From Acidimicrobiia bacterium (GTDB taxonomy: Bacteria > Actinomycetota > Acidimicrobiia > Spongiisociales > UBA11373), in contig JAFGCH010000071.1 in assembly GCA_016932695.1 (NCBI GenBank), positions 4,099-68,098 on the forward strand: 64,000 nt of DNA, in the 5' to 3' direction. The position numbers were made by a program, and so were the translations under genes. Below are positions 1-9,752 of the stretch, one piece after another. Each line of letters begins with the position of its first letter. Position 1 is the first letter of the stretch. Below the pieces are notes generated by a model, which saw only the letters and a program-made list of their open reading frames with translations, searched no databases and had not been told where the DNA came from.

Positions 1-577
1 GGATGACCACCAGGGTCAGCGAGAGGCGGCGGTTCACCCGCAGGGCCATGAAGATGCCCCCCACCGACATGATCGGGGCCATCACCATCATCGTCAGGGC
101 CAGCAGCACCAGCATCTGCACCTGCTGCACATCGTTGGTGGCCCGGGTGATCAGCGAGTGCGTGCCGAAGCGGTTGAGCTCCATTTGGGAGAAGCTCTCT
201 ACCCGGCGGAACAGGGCCGCCCGCAGGTCTCGCCCGAAGGCCATTGAACTGCGGGATCCGACGTAGACACCCACGACCGCCGCCAGCCCGACGGCGAGGG
301 TTACCCCGAGCATGATGCCGCCGATCACCAGGATGTGGTGGGTGTCGCCCTTCACCACCCCGTTGTCGATGATGTCGGCGTTGAGAGTGGGCAGCCAGAG
401 GTTGGCGATGGCCTGGGCGGCGAGCAGGGTCACCACCAGCGCGATCGGCGCGCGGTAGGGGCGCAGGAAGGTGACGAAGACGCGGCGCAGCCCCCCGCCG
501 CCGGCCCGGATAGCCGTAGCGGCGCGGGGTGCGGTCGAGGGCGGCGATGGGGGAGAGGGAGCACCTGCAGGCGCCAC
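1..577 (-). CDS. ABC transporter permease/ATP-binding protein, exporter type (N-terminal transmembrane domain only; the 3' end runs off the window)
   Basis: I translated the minus strand by hand in frame with the 242-244 codon. It gives ...LRRVFVTFLRPYRAPIALVVTLLAAQAIANLWLPTLNADIIDNG...MAFGRDLRAALFRRVESFSQMELNRFGTHSLITRATNDVQQVQMLVLLALTMMVMAPIMSVGG..., a typical ABC exporter TMD N-terminus. The frame is open to a stop near 662. The ORF track does not list it because it is incomplete. The start is uncertain; GTG at 577 is one candidate. Confidence 0.6.
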   Translation of the reverse strand, partial: MAPAGAPSPPSPPSTAPRAATAIRAGGGGLRRVFVTFLRPYRAPIALVVTLLAAQAIANLWLPTLNADIIDNGVVKGDTHHILVIGGIMLGVTLAVGLAAVVGVYVGSRSSMAFGRDLRAALFRRVESFSQMELNRFGTHSLITRATNDVQQVQMLVLLALTMMVMAPIMSVGGIFMALRVNRRLSLTLVVI

Positions 578-701
578 GCCGCCATTCTGGCCGTTCGAGA
601 AGTGAGGGCAGCCGGGCGTGCTCGATATCTCATGGGGGAGGCTGTCCGGCGCCGGCAGCAATCACGGCGTAGGCTGCCCCCACATCTGTGGGGAGGTTGG
701 G

Positions 702-2195
702 ATGGAGCCTTTCGGCGACTATGAGCGTCACGACGCTACGGGCTTGGCCGACCTGGTCCGGCGCCGGGAAGTGCACCCGTTGGAGCTGTTCGAGGCGGCG
801 GCGCGGCGCATCGAGGAGCGAAACCCGGGGTTGAATGCCGTCGTCTACCCGGACTTGGAGCGCGCTCGCGCGGCGGCCGCCGCCGAGCCGCGGGAGGGAG
901 CCTTTGCCGGGGTGCCGTTCCTGGTCAAGGACATCGGCGCGGCAGTGGCCGGCCTCCCCTACACCGAGTCGTCCCATTCGCGCGTCGGCTACGTGGCTCC
1001 TGCCGACAACGAGATCGTCTCCCGCCATCGCCGGGCAGGGTTGGTCATTCTGGGCAAGACCAATACTCCCGAGATGGGCCTGGCGGTGATCACCGAGCCG
1101 GCATTGCACGGCCCGACCCGCAACCCCTGGGACCCGGACCGGACCCCGGGAGGATCCTCTGGGGGGTCGGCGGCGGCAGTGGCGGCGGGCATGGTTCCCT
1201 TGGCCCACGGCACCGATGGTGGCGGCTCCATCCGCATTCCCGCTTCCCATTGCGGCCTGTTCGGCCTCAAGCCGACGCGGGGACGGAGTACCTGGGGGCC
1301 GGAGCGAGTCGAGGACTGGCTGGGGCTCACCGAGCAGCACGGCCTCAGCCGGAGTGTGCGGGACTCGGCGCGCCTGCTCGACGCCACCTGCGGCGCTGCG
1401 CCCGGCATCCCGTACCGCTTGGCTTCTCCCTCACGTCCCTACGCCGACGAGGTGGGCGCTCCGCCGGGGAAGCTGCGCATTGGCTTCACAAGGCGAGCCC
1501 TGCTGGATGAGCGGCCGCAAGACCCCGAATGCGTTGCCGCCGTCGAGGAGGCAGCCCGCCTCTGCGCCGAGTTAGGCCACGAGGTCGCGGAGGTGCAGCT
1601 CCCCCTCGACATCCCCGTCATCGTTGATGCCTTCGTGACTCTGGCCGGGGTTCAGGCCGCCTTGGAGCTTGGGGTGAGTGAGCAACTCACCGGCCGCCGG
1701 GTTCGGCCCGGCGACGTCGAGCCGGTGACCTGGACTGCCCGGCTCATCGGAGACAAGCGAAGCGCCGCCGACCTTGGTCGGGCCCTCGGGATCATGCGGG
1801 ATCTCGGCCTGGCGATGGCGGCCTTCATGGAGGCCTACGACGTGGTCCTCACCGCGACCACCGCCCAGCCGCCGTGGCCCATCGGCCAGTACGACTTGAC
1901 GGGCGGACAACGCGCCATGCTCGGCGTCGTAGGGCGGGCGCCGGTGGGGCCCCTGCTGGGGGCGGTGGTGAAGCAGCTGTCGGGGGAGATCCTGGCCCAG
2001 ATGCCCAACACGCCGCTCTGCAACCTCACCGGGCAGCCGGCGATGTCGGTGCCGCTGCACTGGACCCCGGCCGGCTTGCCGGTGGGGGTCCAGTTCATCG
2101 GCCGGCTCGAGGAGGAGGGTCTGCTGTTCCGTCTGGCCTCGCAGCTGGAGGCGGCCCGCCCCTGGTGGGACCGCCGTCCGGCCTTGGCGGGCTGA
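702..2195 (+). CDS. amidase (amidase-signature family)
   Basis: ORF 618..2195 carries the GGSSGGSAAAVAAG amidase signature and a Ser-cisSer-Lys context. The start is probably ATG at 702 (MEPFGDY), preceded by GGGAGG. Confidence 0.85.
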   Translation: MEPFGDYERHDATGLADLVRRREVHPLELFEAAARRIEERNPGLNAVVYPDLERARAAAAAEPREGAFAGVPFLVKDIGAAVAGLPYTESSHSRVGYVAPADNEIVSRHRRAGLVILGKTNTPEMGLAVITEPALHGPTRNPWDPDRTPGGSSGGSAAAVAAGMVPLAHGTDGGGSIRIPASHCGLFGLKPTRGRSTWGPERVEDWLGLTEQHGLSRSVRDSARLLDATCGAAPGIPYRLASPSRPYADEVGAPPGKLRIGFTRRALLDERPQDPECVAAVEEAARLCAELGHEVAEVQLPLDIPVIVDAFVTLAGVQAALELGVSEQLTGRRVRPGDVEPVTWTARLIGDKRSAADLGRALGIMRDLGLAMAAFMEAYDVVLTATTAQPPWPIGQYDLTGGQRAMLGVVGRAPVGPLLGAVVKQLSGEILAQMPNTPLCNLTGQPAMSVPLHWTPAGLPVGVQFIGRLEEEGLLFRLASQLEAARPWWDRRPALAG

Positions 2196-2201
2196 GGCGG
2201 G

Positions 2202-4628
2202 CTACACCTCCACCTGCACGGCCACCACGGCTCCCGCCGGGGCGTAGGGCACCAGGGTGCCTTCGAGGTGGCGCCCATCCACGGTGACCCGCGGCGCGAC
2301 CCCGGTGCCGTGATTGGAGATTCCGATCCGGTAGGTGGCGCCTCGGCAGGAGCGCTCGACTTCGATTTCCGCGAGGTGGGCGGGGAGGCAGGGGGCGACG
2401 CGCAGCCCCTCCCACTCGGGCCGGACGCCCAGGAGGTGCTGGGTGATCGCCACCAGGTTCCAGGCCGCCGACCCGGTGAGCCAGGAGTTCTTGGCCTCGC
2501 CGTGCCGCGGGGCGTCCCGCCCGGCGATCATCTGGGCGTAGACGTAGGGCTCCAGGCGGTGGACCTCGGAGATCTCCTCGCGGAAGGCGGGGGCGATCTT
2601 GCTCCAGTACTCGAAGGCCCGCTCCCCGCGTCCCAGCCGGGTCTCGGCGATCACCAACCATGGGTTGGTGTGGCAGAAGACGCCGGCGTTCTCCTTGTAG
2701 CCGGGGGGATAGCTGGTGATCTCGCCCAGTTCGGGGTGATAGCGGGTGTAGGCGGGTTGGTGGAGCACCAGGCCGTGGGGGGTGTCGAGGCGGGCCCGCA
2801 CCGCGTCGAGGGCCCGGGCGGCCCGGCCGTCGGCCAAGCCCATGCCGGCCATCACACACATCCCCTGGGGCTCGATGTAGATCTGGCCTTCGGCGCACTC
2901 CCGCGAGCCCACCTTCTCCCCGAAGTAGTCGTAGGCCCGCAGGAACCACTCGCCGTCCCAGCCGTGGTCGGCCACCGCGGCGGTCATGCGAGCGGCCTCG
3001 GTGGTGGCGAGAGCGGCTTCTTCCGGCCTTCCGGCTGCTTGGGCCAGGCCGGCGTAGTCGGCAGCGGCATGGACGAACAGGCCGGCGATGAAGACCGACT
3101 CCGCGGTGCGCCCCGCCCGGTTCTGGGTGGTCTGGAAGGACTCGCCCGGCGCGCTGGAGAAACAGTTGAGGTTGAGGCAGTCGTTCCAGTCGGCCCGGCC
3201 GATGAGGGGGAGCCCGTGCGGCCCCAGGTTCTCCAGGGTGAAGTGGAAGGAGCGGCGCAGGTGCTCGAACAGGGTCGCGGCGTTCGCCGGGTCGTTGTCG
3301 AAGGGTACGGCCTCTTCGAGGATGGAGGGGTCGCCGGTCTCGCGCACGTAGGCCCCGGCGGCCTCGATCAGCCAGAGCGGGTCGTCGTTGAACCCGGAGC
3401 CGACGTCGTGGTTGCCCCGTTTGGTGAGGGGCTGGTACTGGTGGTAGGCGCTGCCGTCGGGGAACTGGGTGGCGGCGATGTCGAGGATCCGCTCCCGGGC
3501 CCGCTCCGGGACCAGGTGCACGAAACCCAGCAGGTCCTGGCAGGAATCGCGGAAGCCCATGCCCCGGCCGATGCCCGACTCGAAGTAGGAGGCACTGCGG
3601 GAGAGGTTGAAGGTGACCATGCACTGGTACGGATTCCAGGTGTTGACGATGCGGTCCACCCGGGGATCGTCGGAGCGCACCCGGCAGATGCCGAGCAGGC
3701 CCTCCCAGTAGGCCTTCAGGTCGGCGCGGGCTTCGTCTACGGCGACGGCGTCGGCGAAGCGGGCGAGGACGGCCCGTGCCGGGGCTTTGTTCGCCACGCC
3801 GGGGGCTTCCCACTTGTCCTCCGGAGGGACCTCGGCGTAACCCAGGACGAAGACCAGGTCGGCCTCTTGCCCCGGCGCCAGGCTCACCTCGACCTGATGG
3901 GAGGCGATGGGGAACCAGCCGCTGGCCCGGGAGTTGCAGGCCGCTCCGGCGAAGGGCACCTCGGGATGGTCCCAGCCGCGGCCCGGGCCGAAGAAGGCAT
4001 CCCGGTCGGTTTCGAAGCCGGCGAGGGGGGCATTCACCCCGTAGAAGGCGTAGTGGTTGCGGCGCTCCCGGTACTCGGTGACGTGGTAGATGGTGCTGCC
4101 TTCGACCTCGATCTCACCCAGGGAGAGGTTGCGCTGGAAGTTGGTCTGGTCGTCCAGGGCATCCCAGAGGCAGAACTCGATCAGGGAGAAGACCTGGATC
4201 TCCCGGCGCCGGCCGCTCCGGTTGCGCAGGCGCAGGCGATGCACCTCGGCGTTGGTCCCCATCGGCACGAAGTACAGGATTTCGGCCGCCAGGCCGTCGC
4301 GTTCGGCGGCTATCGAGGTGTAGCCGAGTCCGTGGCGGCACTCGTAGCGGTCCAGGGGGGCGCGCACCGGCGCCCAGGTGGGGCACCAGACCTCGCCGCC
4401 GTCGTTGAGGTAGAAGTAGCGGCCGCCGGTGTCGGCGGGGAGATTGTTGTAGCGGTAGCGGGTGAGGCGGCGCAGGCGGGCATCGCGGTAGAAGCAGTAG
4501 CCGCCTCCGGTGGAGGAGATCAGGCCGAAGAACTCCTCGGCACCCAGGTAGTTGATCCACGGGTGGGGCGTCTCGGGAGTGGTGATGACGTACTCCCGGG
4601 CGGCATCGTCGAAGTGCCCGAACCGCAT
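2202..4628 (-). CDS. GH94 glycoside phosphorylase (cellobiose/chitobiose phosphorylase-like)
   Basis: ORF 2202..4868 contains MRFGHFDD...[43 protein letters not shown]...GRYFYL, the conserved GH94 N-terminus, and is about 809 aa from the internal ATG at 4628. The upstream part of the listed ORF is GC-driven read-through. Confidence 0.85.
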   Translation of the reverse strand: MRFGHFDDAAREYVITTPETPHPWINYLGAEEFFGLISSTGGGYCFYRDARLRRLTRYRYNNLPADTGGRYFYLNDGGEVWCPTWAPVRAPLDRYECRHGLGYTSIAAERDGLAAEILYFVPMGTNAEVHRLRLRNRSGRRREIQVFSLIEFCLWDALDDQTNFQRNLSLGEIEVEGSTIYHVTEYRERRNHYAFYGVNAPLAGFETDRDAFFGPGRGWDHPEVPFAGAACNSRASGWFPIASHQVEVSLAPGQEADLVFVLGYAEVPPEDKWEAPGVANKAPARAVLARFADAVAVDEARADLKAYWEGLLGICRVRSDDPRVDRIVNTWNPYQCMVTFNLSRSASYFESGIGRGMGFRDSCQDLLGFVHLVPERARERILDIAATQFPDGSAYHQYQPLTKRGNHDVGSGFNDDPLWLIEAAGAYVRETGDPSILEEAVPFDNDPANAATLFEHLRRSFHFTLENLGPHGLPLIGRADWNDCLNLNCFSSAPGESFQTTQNRAGRTAESVFIAGLFVHAAADYAGLAQAAGRPEEAALATTEAARMTAAVADHGWDGEWFLRAYDYFGEKVGSRECAEGQIYIEPQGMCVMAGMGLADGRAARALDAVRARLDTPHGLVLHQPAYTRYHPELGEITSYPPGYKENAGVFCHTNPWLVIAETRLGRGERAFEYWSKIAPAFREEISEVHRLEPYVYAQMIAGRDAPRHGEAKNSWLTGSAAWNLVAITQHLLGVRPEWEGLRVAPCLPAHLAEIEVERSCRGATYRIGISNHGTGVAPRVTVDGRHLEGTLVPYAPAGAVVAVQVEV

Positions 4629-4773
4629 CCCGTCCTCCCAGATTCGCCGGGGCCGCGCCGCCGAGCGGCGGTCGTGGGCCTGCGGCCAGGGTAGCCGGAC
4701 CGCCCCACCCCCAAAGGGCGCGGGAGGGGGAGAGGAACGGACTGCGGCGGCGGTCTGCCGCCCCGCAGCGAGG

Positions 4774-5469
4774 TCAGTCGTGCAGGCCGAAGCGATCGGC
4801 GATGGCCGCCGCCTCCTGTTCCCACAGCAAGCCGGGGTCGGGGTAAGCCCACTGGAGATGGCCGGCAACTTCGAGGGCGGCCAGGCCGTGCCAGTGCGCC
4901 CAGGCCCCCAGCATCACCGGCACGGCCGCTTCGGGGAAGCCGGGAGCGTGCCGGGTGATCTCGGCGGCTATCTCGGACTCCTCGGGGGTGGGGGGGCGCG
5001 CCGCGGGTGCTACCTGCAGCGCCCCACGGTTCCAGGCGTAGGCGGCGGTGCCGAAGAAGGCGTCGCCCATGCGGCGCACCGCGGCCACGGTGGGGCCATC
5101 TTCGGGGGCGGCGTACCCGGGGATGGGGGTGCCGAAGATGAGGTGGAAGCGGTTGGGGTGTCCCACCGCCCAATCGCGGTAGGCGAGAATGCCGGAGACG
5201 AGGCGCTTGCGGGGAGAGGGCCCGGCAACGCCGATGGCCTCCTCCACCGCGATGGCCAGGTCCAGGTAGGCGTCCGCCACCAGCGCAGTGAGCAGGGCGT
5301 CGCGGCCGTCGAAGTAGCGGTATAGGCCGGCCGGGCTCATCCCGATGGCGGCGGCCAGGCTACGGAGCGAGAGGTTGGGAGCGCCGCGGGCGGCGATCTG
5401 GGCCAGGGCCGCCTCTTTGATCTCGGCGAGAGTGGCTGCCCGATGCTGGGCACGTCGTCCGACCGGCAT
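4774..5469 (-). CDS. TetR family transcriptional regulator
   Basis: The C-terminal 231 aa of ORF 4774..6330 read [60 protein letters not shown], an N-terminal TetR HTH. ATG is at 5469. The rest of the listed ORF is artefactual. Confidence 0.85.
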   Translation of the reverse strand: MPVGRRAQHRAATLAEIKEAALAQIAARGAPNLSLRSLAAAIGMSPAGLYRYFDGRDALLTALVADAYLDLAIAVEEAIGVAGPSPRKRLVSGILAYRDWAVGHPNRFHLIFGTPIPGYAAPEDGPTVAAVRRMGDAFFGTAAYAWNRGALQVAPAARPPTPEESEIAAEITRHAPGFPEAAVPVMLGAWAHWHGLAALEVAGHLQWAYPDPGLLWEQEAAAIADRFGLHD

Positions 5470-5499
5470 GGCCCCAGCATAGCAGGCACCGTTTGCTCT

Positions 5500-5535
5500 G
5501 CGAACATGTATCGCTAATATGCGAGTAGCGTTCGC
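5500..5535. promoter_or_regulatory. imperfect palindrome GCGAAC-N5-TCGC-TAATAT-GCGA-N5-GTTCGC in the divergent TetR/oxidoreductase intergenic region; candidate TetR operator
   Basis: I read the nested inverted repeat directly: 6-bp outer arms and 4-bp inner arms, centred on an AT-rich core. It lies just upstream of the GGAGGAGAGAG RBS of the 5554 gene. Confidence 0.35.
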
Positions 5536-5553
5536 ATATCTAGGAGGAGAGAG

Positions 5554-6492
5554 ATGAGCGGTCTCCATGTGGTGTTGGGAGCGGGGGGCGGACTGGGTCG
5601 GGCCATCGCCGCCGAAGCAGCCTCCCGGGGTCTCCCGGTGCGGGCGGTCAACCGCGGGGGGGATGTCGACCTGCCCGGTGTGGCCGCGGTGGCCGCCGAT
5701 GTGGAAACGGCCGACGGAGCCGCCCGAGCCGTCAACGATGCCGGGGTGGTCTACATGGCCGCTCAACCCCCGTATCACGAGTGGCCGGGGAGGTTCCCCG
5801 GCATGCTGCGCACGGTCGTCGACGCCACGGCCGCCGCCGGTGCCCGGCTGGTGATGGTGGACAACCTCTACGGCTACGGACCGGACGCGGGACCGATGAG
5901 TGAGGCCGGTCCCGAGCGGGCGACCGATGCCAAGGGCCGGACGCGACGCGAGATGACCGGCTTGCTGCTCGCCGCCGACCGGGAGGGCCGGCTGCCGGTG
6001 CTCATCGGGCGCCTGTCGGACTACTTCGGTCCGCACGGCGACAACAGCACGGTTTCCGCCCTGGCGGTGATTCCGGGGGCCGCCGGCAAGCCCATCCGCT
6101 GGCCGGGCAGCCTGGACGCTCCCCACTCCGTGGCCTATCTGCCCGATGCCGCCCGGGCCTTCGTCACCCTCGCCGCCACCCCGTCGGCCTGGCGCCGTAT
6201 CTGGGTTCTGCCCCATGCCCCCGCCGTCACCGGCGGCGAGATTCTCGGCATGGTGAACCGGGCCTTGCCCCGGCCGGTGAAGACCGCCCGCCTGGGGATG
6301 GGCCTGCTCCGCCTGGCTGCCCCCTTCCACAGGCCTTCGCGGGAGATCCTGGGCATCGGCTACCAGTTCACCGCGCCGTTCGTGGCCGACGACGCGGCCT
6401 TCCGGCAGGCCTTCCCCGAGTTCGCCGTCACTCCGCTGGATCGGGCGATGGCCGAGACCGTCGCTTGGTACCGCAGCCGCCTCGCCGCCTAG
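5554..6492 (+). CDS. NAD(P)-binding oxidoreductase (NmrA-like / atypical SDR epimerase-dehydratase fold)
   Basis: It begins with the Rossmann motif VVLGAGGGLGRAIA and is 312 aa. It is divergent from the TetR gene, the classic regulator-target arrangement. Confidence 0.7.
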   Translation: MSGLHVVLGAGGGLGRAIAAEAASRGLPVRAVNRGGDVDLPGVAAVAADVETADGAARAVNDAGVVYMAAQPPYHEWPGRFPGMLRTVVDATAAAGARLVMVDNLYGYGPDAGPMSEAGPERATDAKGRTRREMTGLLLAADREGRLPVLIGRLSDYFGPHGDNSTVSALAVIPGAAGKPIRWPGSLDAPHSVAYLPDAARAFVTLAATPSAWRRIWVLPHAPAVTGGEILGMVNRALPRPVKTARLGMGLLRLAAPFHRPSREILGIGYQFTAPFVADDAAFRQAFPEFAVTPLDRAMAETVAWYRSRLAA

Positions 6493-6507
6493 ATGGGCGC
6501 CCCGGCC

Positions 6508-7281
6508 TCACTGCTCCAGCGCCAGTAGGGCCGCCCCGTAGGCGCCCATCAGCTGCGGATGCGGGGGCAGGACGACGGCCATCCCGGCGGCCTCCTCCAT
6601 CATCACCCGCACTCCGGCATTGAGGGCTACCCCGCCCGACAGGATCAGCGGCGGCTCCAGGCCCACGGTGCGGGCCATGGCCACGATGCGCCCCACCAGG
6701 GAGCGGTGCAGGCCCCGGATGATGGCGTCGAGGTCGGCGCCCCGGCCGATCAAGGAGATGATCTCCGACTCGGCGAAGACGGTGCAGGTCGAGGAGATGG
6801 GCTCCTCCTCTCGGGCCGCCAGCGCCCGGGTCCCGAGTTCGGCCACCGGGACCCCGAGGCGGCCGGCGGTGTGCTCCAGGAAGCGCCCCGTGCCGGCGGC
6901 GCACTTGTCGTTCATGGCAAAGTCCACCGGCCGGCCGCCCTCCCCGATGCGGATGGCCTTGGCGTCCTGGCCCCCGATGTCCACCAGGGTGCCGCCGTGG
7001 CCCAGGGCTCGGAACACGCCCCGGGAGTGGCAAGTGATCTCGGTGACGCAGCGCACCGCCACCCGGACGAGTTGGCGCCCGTAGCCGGTGGCCACCACGG
7101 GAGGCGGCTCTGCCGTCCCGAGGTCCGCGGCCAAGGCGGCCACCATCGCCGCCGCCTGCTCCTCCAGGCGGGGTCGGGTCGCCTCGAGGCGGGAAGCCAC
7201 CAACGTGCCGGTGGCGTCCACCGCCACCGCCTTGCAGGTGGTGGACCCGGCATCGACCCCGAAAGCCAGCACTCGACTCAT
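6508..7281 (-). CDS. CoA-substrate-specific enzyme activase (BadF/BadG/BcrA/BcrD / HgdC-like ATPase)
   Basis: MSRVLAFGVDAGSTTCKAVAVDATG... is the acetate/sugar-kinase-fold N-terminus typical of HgdC activators. ATG is at 7281 and the gene is about 257 aa. Its start overlaps the stop of the upstream gene (ATGA). Confidence 0.8.
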   Translation of the reverse strand: MSRVLAFGVDAGSTTCKAVAVDATGTLVASRLEATRPRLEEQAAAMVAALAADLGTAEPPPVVATGYGRQLVRVAVRCVTEITCHSRGVFRALGHGGTLVDIGGQDAKAIRIGEGGRPVDFAMNDKCAAGTGRFLEHTAGRLGVPVAELGTRALAAREEEPISSTCTVFAESEIISLIGRGADLDAIIRGLHRSLVGRIVAMARTVGLEPPLILSGGVALNAGVRVMMEEAAGMAVVLPPHPQLMGAYGAALLALEQ

Positions 7282-8597
7282 CCCCCCATCATTTCCACGA
7301 AGGCCTCCAGCCGCCCGGCGGCCTGCTCGGCGGCGAAGGCACGGGGGTCGTTGTGGTCGGCGTCGAGGAGCAACGCCGGCACCCCGACCTGGTTGACCAG
7401 CCCGTCGCGCTGGTCGATTTGGCCCAGCGAGTAGGGCTTGCAGGAGCGGTCGGAATGCAGGATGACGCCGTCGGCGGAGAAGTTGCGCACCATGGCGCGC
7501 ATCGCCTCGAGCTTCTGCCCGGCGGAGCGGTTGAGGATGGGGTGCAGGTAGACCCGGGCCATGGATGCGAAGGGGTTCGCCGGGTCCATCAGCGGGGCCA
7601 GTTCCCCCCAGGCGTGAGCGTAGGTGGAGGCCACGACGTTCACCCCGCGCTGCGCCAGCCACTGCGACAGTGGGCCGAGCCGGTACCAGATGGGCAGGTT
7701 GTCCCACAGCACCCGGTAGCGCTCCTCCCGAACGGCACCCACCCCGGAGGCGATGCGCCGGTCCACTTCGGCGAGCAGCATCCGGTAGTAGTCGGTGGTG
7801 GCCTGCTCCCCGCGCAGGTCCACGATGGGCCCCAGGTGGGTGAAGGCATCGAAGGCGGTAAGGGGGGAGGGGCGGTGGCGGGCCCGCTCCAGGATCTCCA
7901 GCCAGGTCTCGCTGGCCTCCTTGGCCCGGGCTACCACCCTGATGAACTCCTGTTCCGAGAAGGGCCGGCGGGCCGCTCGCTCGGCGACGGGCACGATGTC
8001 CTCCAGTTGACGGCGGACGTAGGCCACCTCGTGGGGCTGTGGCTGCGGCCCGTACTGGAAGGGAGTGTCCACCAGCAGCAGCGGGCAGCCGAAGTGGTCC
8101 GCCAGCACGCGGTACCAGTAGAGCACCGTCTGGCAGATGTTGGTGCAGCAAAGGAGCAGGTCGGGGCGGGGTAGGCGGCCGACCGGGGTCTCCCCGGAGA
8201 GGAGGGAGCCGATGTCGGTGCGGGCGTAGGAGCATATGTCGCGCGAGTAACCGGCGTCCTCGGCCACCTCGCACAGGTGCTGGGCCCGGCGGCGGGCGCC
8301 GCACAGGGCGGCATGGTTCTCCGGGTAGATAACGAAGAACCCCAGGGTGAGCAGGATCTCGGTGGGGGCGCCGCTGGTTACCCAGGCCACGGGACGCACC
8401 CCGGAGGCGTGGCGTCCCTCCAGGTAGTGGCCCGACATCATCTCCTTCATGCGGGTGATGCTGCGCAGCGGGGGGGCCAGCGGCCGCTCCGGGTCGCCGA
8501 AGCGGCGGTTCAGGCGCCGCTCATCCCGATAGCGCTGCAGGCGCAGTAGCGGTCGGCCGGCCAGCCGGTAGCCCAGCAGATGCCCCAGGCGGCTCAT
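7278..8597 (-). CDS. 2-hydroxyacyl-CoA dehydratase family protein (HgdA/BcrB-like subunit)
   Basis: The product from MSRLGHLLGYRLAG..., about 439 aa, carries conserved Cys-containing segments (ICSYARTDIG, LLLCCTNICQT). Its stop overlaps the downstream activase start and its start overlaps the upstream gene. Confidence 0.8.
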   Translation of the reverse strand: MSRLGHLLGYRLAGRPLLRLQRYRDERRLNRRFGDPERPLAPPLRSITRMKEMMSGHYLEGRHASGVRPVAWVTSGAPTEILLTLGFFVIYPENHAALCGARRRAQHLCEVAEDAGYSRDICSYARTDIGSLLSGETPVGRLPRPDLLLCCTNICQTVLYWYRVLADHFGCPLLLVDTPFQYGPQPQPHEVAYVRRQLEDIVPVAERAARRPFSEQEFIRVVARAKEASETWLEILERARHRPSPLTAFDAFTHLGPIVDLRGEQATTDYYRMLLAEVDRRIASGVGAVREERYRVLWDNLPIWYRLGPLSQWLAQRGVNVVASTYAHAWGELAPLMDPANPFASMARVYLHPILNRSAGQKLEAMRAMVRNFSADGVILHSDRSCKPYSLGQIDQRDGLVNQVGVPALLLDADHNDPRAFAAEQAAGRLEAFVEMMGG

Positions 8598-9673
8598 TGC
8601 AGCGTCTCCATGAACGCCTCCAAGCGGGTGAGGGTCTGCTGGCTGAGGCCCCCGCCCAGTTCGACCTCCAGGTGGAGCAGGGGGTAGCCGGCGGCGCCCA
8701 GATGGGCCCGCAAGCGGGGGATGTCGAACAGCTCCGGCTCGCAGAACTTGGGGTCGTAGATCACCAGGCCGCGGGCGCCGGTGGCCCGCAGCCGGGTCAG
8801 CAACTCCTGTGCTCGGGCGGCGATGGGGTCCCCGCGGGTCGGGTCGGGGGGGCCGCCGAGCAGCCGGGCGGCGAGGCGCTCGTACGGGTCGCCCCCGTCC
8901 TCGAGCGGGTAGACACGCCGCCACCCGCTCGCCAGGTCGTCGGCCACCACCCGGGCTCCCATGGCGGCGAGGTGTTCGAAGAGGTCGAGGGGCTCGGCCA
9001 CGATGCCCGACAGCATGAGGGGTAGGCCCCCGGGTGGGTCCCCGGCAGGGAGAGACCCGGCGACGGCGGTGAAGTCCTCGGCGGCAAGGAACTCCCGGGA
9101 GCGCACCACCGCGTAGAAGTCACGGTCGGTGACGGCCAGGCCCGCCCGGCGGGCAAAGAGGGAGGCCAGCGCCCGGTCGGCGGCGCCCTCGGCGGCGAAG
9201 GCTTCTTCCCAGGCGTCGTCGTCGGGGACCTTTCCGGAGATCCCCGCCAGGGACTCGGCCAGCCGATGCAGCTCGGCCGCCAGGAACTCCCCATCGACCG
9301 GCCGGCGGCCGCGGGGCAGGTAGAGGGTGAGGACCGGCGGGGTGGGCCGCACGAAGTCGCCGAGCACCGACCCCATCCCCTGGAGGGCGTCGCAGGTGTG
9401 GGGGATGAGTAGGGCATCCACCGTGTCGAGCCCGCCCTGCAGCAGGAAGGAGGTGGCGCGCACCACGATGTCGCAGGTGTAGGCCTGGAAGTGGCGGCTG
9501 CCTTCGTCGCGGGACACCCCCGGCGGGCCCCAGAGCTCGACGGGGTGGAAGCCGTGGGCGCGCAGCAGCGGGCGGGGGTAGTGGTAGGGAAGGACTCCGG
9601 CGACTCGGAGCCCGGTGGCGTGGGCGCGGGCCACGACCTCGCGACGGGTGGGCAGGACGGGCCTGGCGGTCAT
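8594..9673 (-). CDS. 2-hydroxyacyl-CoA dehydratase family protein (HgdB/BcrC-like subunit)
   Basis: This 359-aa product contains HFQAYTCDIVVRATSFLL...IPHTCDALQG, the Cys motifs of the family. It is translationally coupled to the next gene. Confidence 0.75.
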   Translation of the reverse strand: MTARPVLPTRREVVARAHATGLRVAGVLPYHYPRPLLRAHGFHPVELWGPPGVSRDEGSRHFQAYTCDIVVRATSFLLQGGLDTVDALLIPHTCDALQGMGSVLGDFVRPTPPVLTLYLPRGRRPVDGEFLAAELHRLAESLAGISGKVPDDDAWEEAFAAEGAADRALASLFARRAGLAVTDRDFYAVVRSREFLAAEDFTAVAGSLPAGDPPGGLPLMLSGIVAEPLDLFEHLAAMGARVVADDLASGWRRVYPLEDGGDPYERLAARLLGGPPDPTRGDPIAARAQELLTRLRATGARGLVIYDPKFCEPELFDIPRLRAHLGAAGYPLLHLEVELGGGLSQQTLTRLEAFMETLQ

Positions 9674-9752
9674 GCCGGGCCCATTCTGGTCCTTCGGTTC
9701 CGGGCGACGGAGGGAGTTTCCGCCCGGCGCAGCCTACGGCCCGGGCCGGGGC

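Noticed and set aside
2095-4694. Very long antisense or alternative-frame ORFs (2095..3813 -, 2268..4694 +, 808 aa) overlapping the GH94 phosphorylase gene
   Set aside because: Their translations are low-complexity Arg/Pro/Gly/Ala-rich with no recognisable domains, which is typical of stop-codon depletion in 70% GC DNA. The overlapping minus-strand frame gives a clear GH94 enzyme.
6508-8924. Long N-terminal extensions of the listed ORFs 6508..8304, 7278..8924, 4774..6330 and 38775..40559
   Set aside because: Protein-like sequence begins only at internal starts (7281, 8597, 5469, 39828), which coincide with stop/start overlaps or with RBS-like purine runs. The upstream parts are antisense to other genes or are compositionally junk.
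9674-9752. GC hairpins (CCGGGCG-N14-CGCCCGG) between the FG-GAP gene and hgdB-like as a terminator
   Set aside because: No U tract follows on the minus strand and the spacing is compatible with a simple intergenic region. I left the question of operon continuity open.
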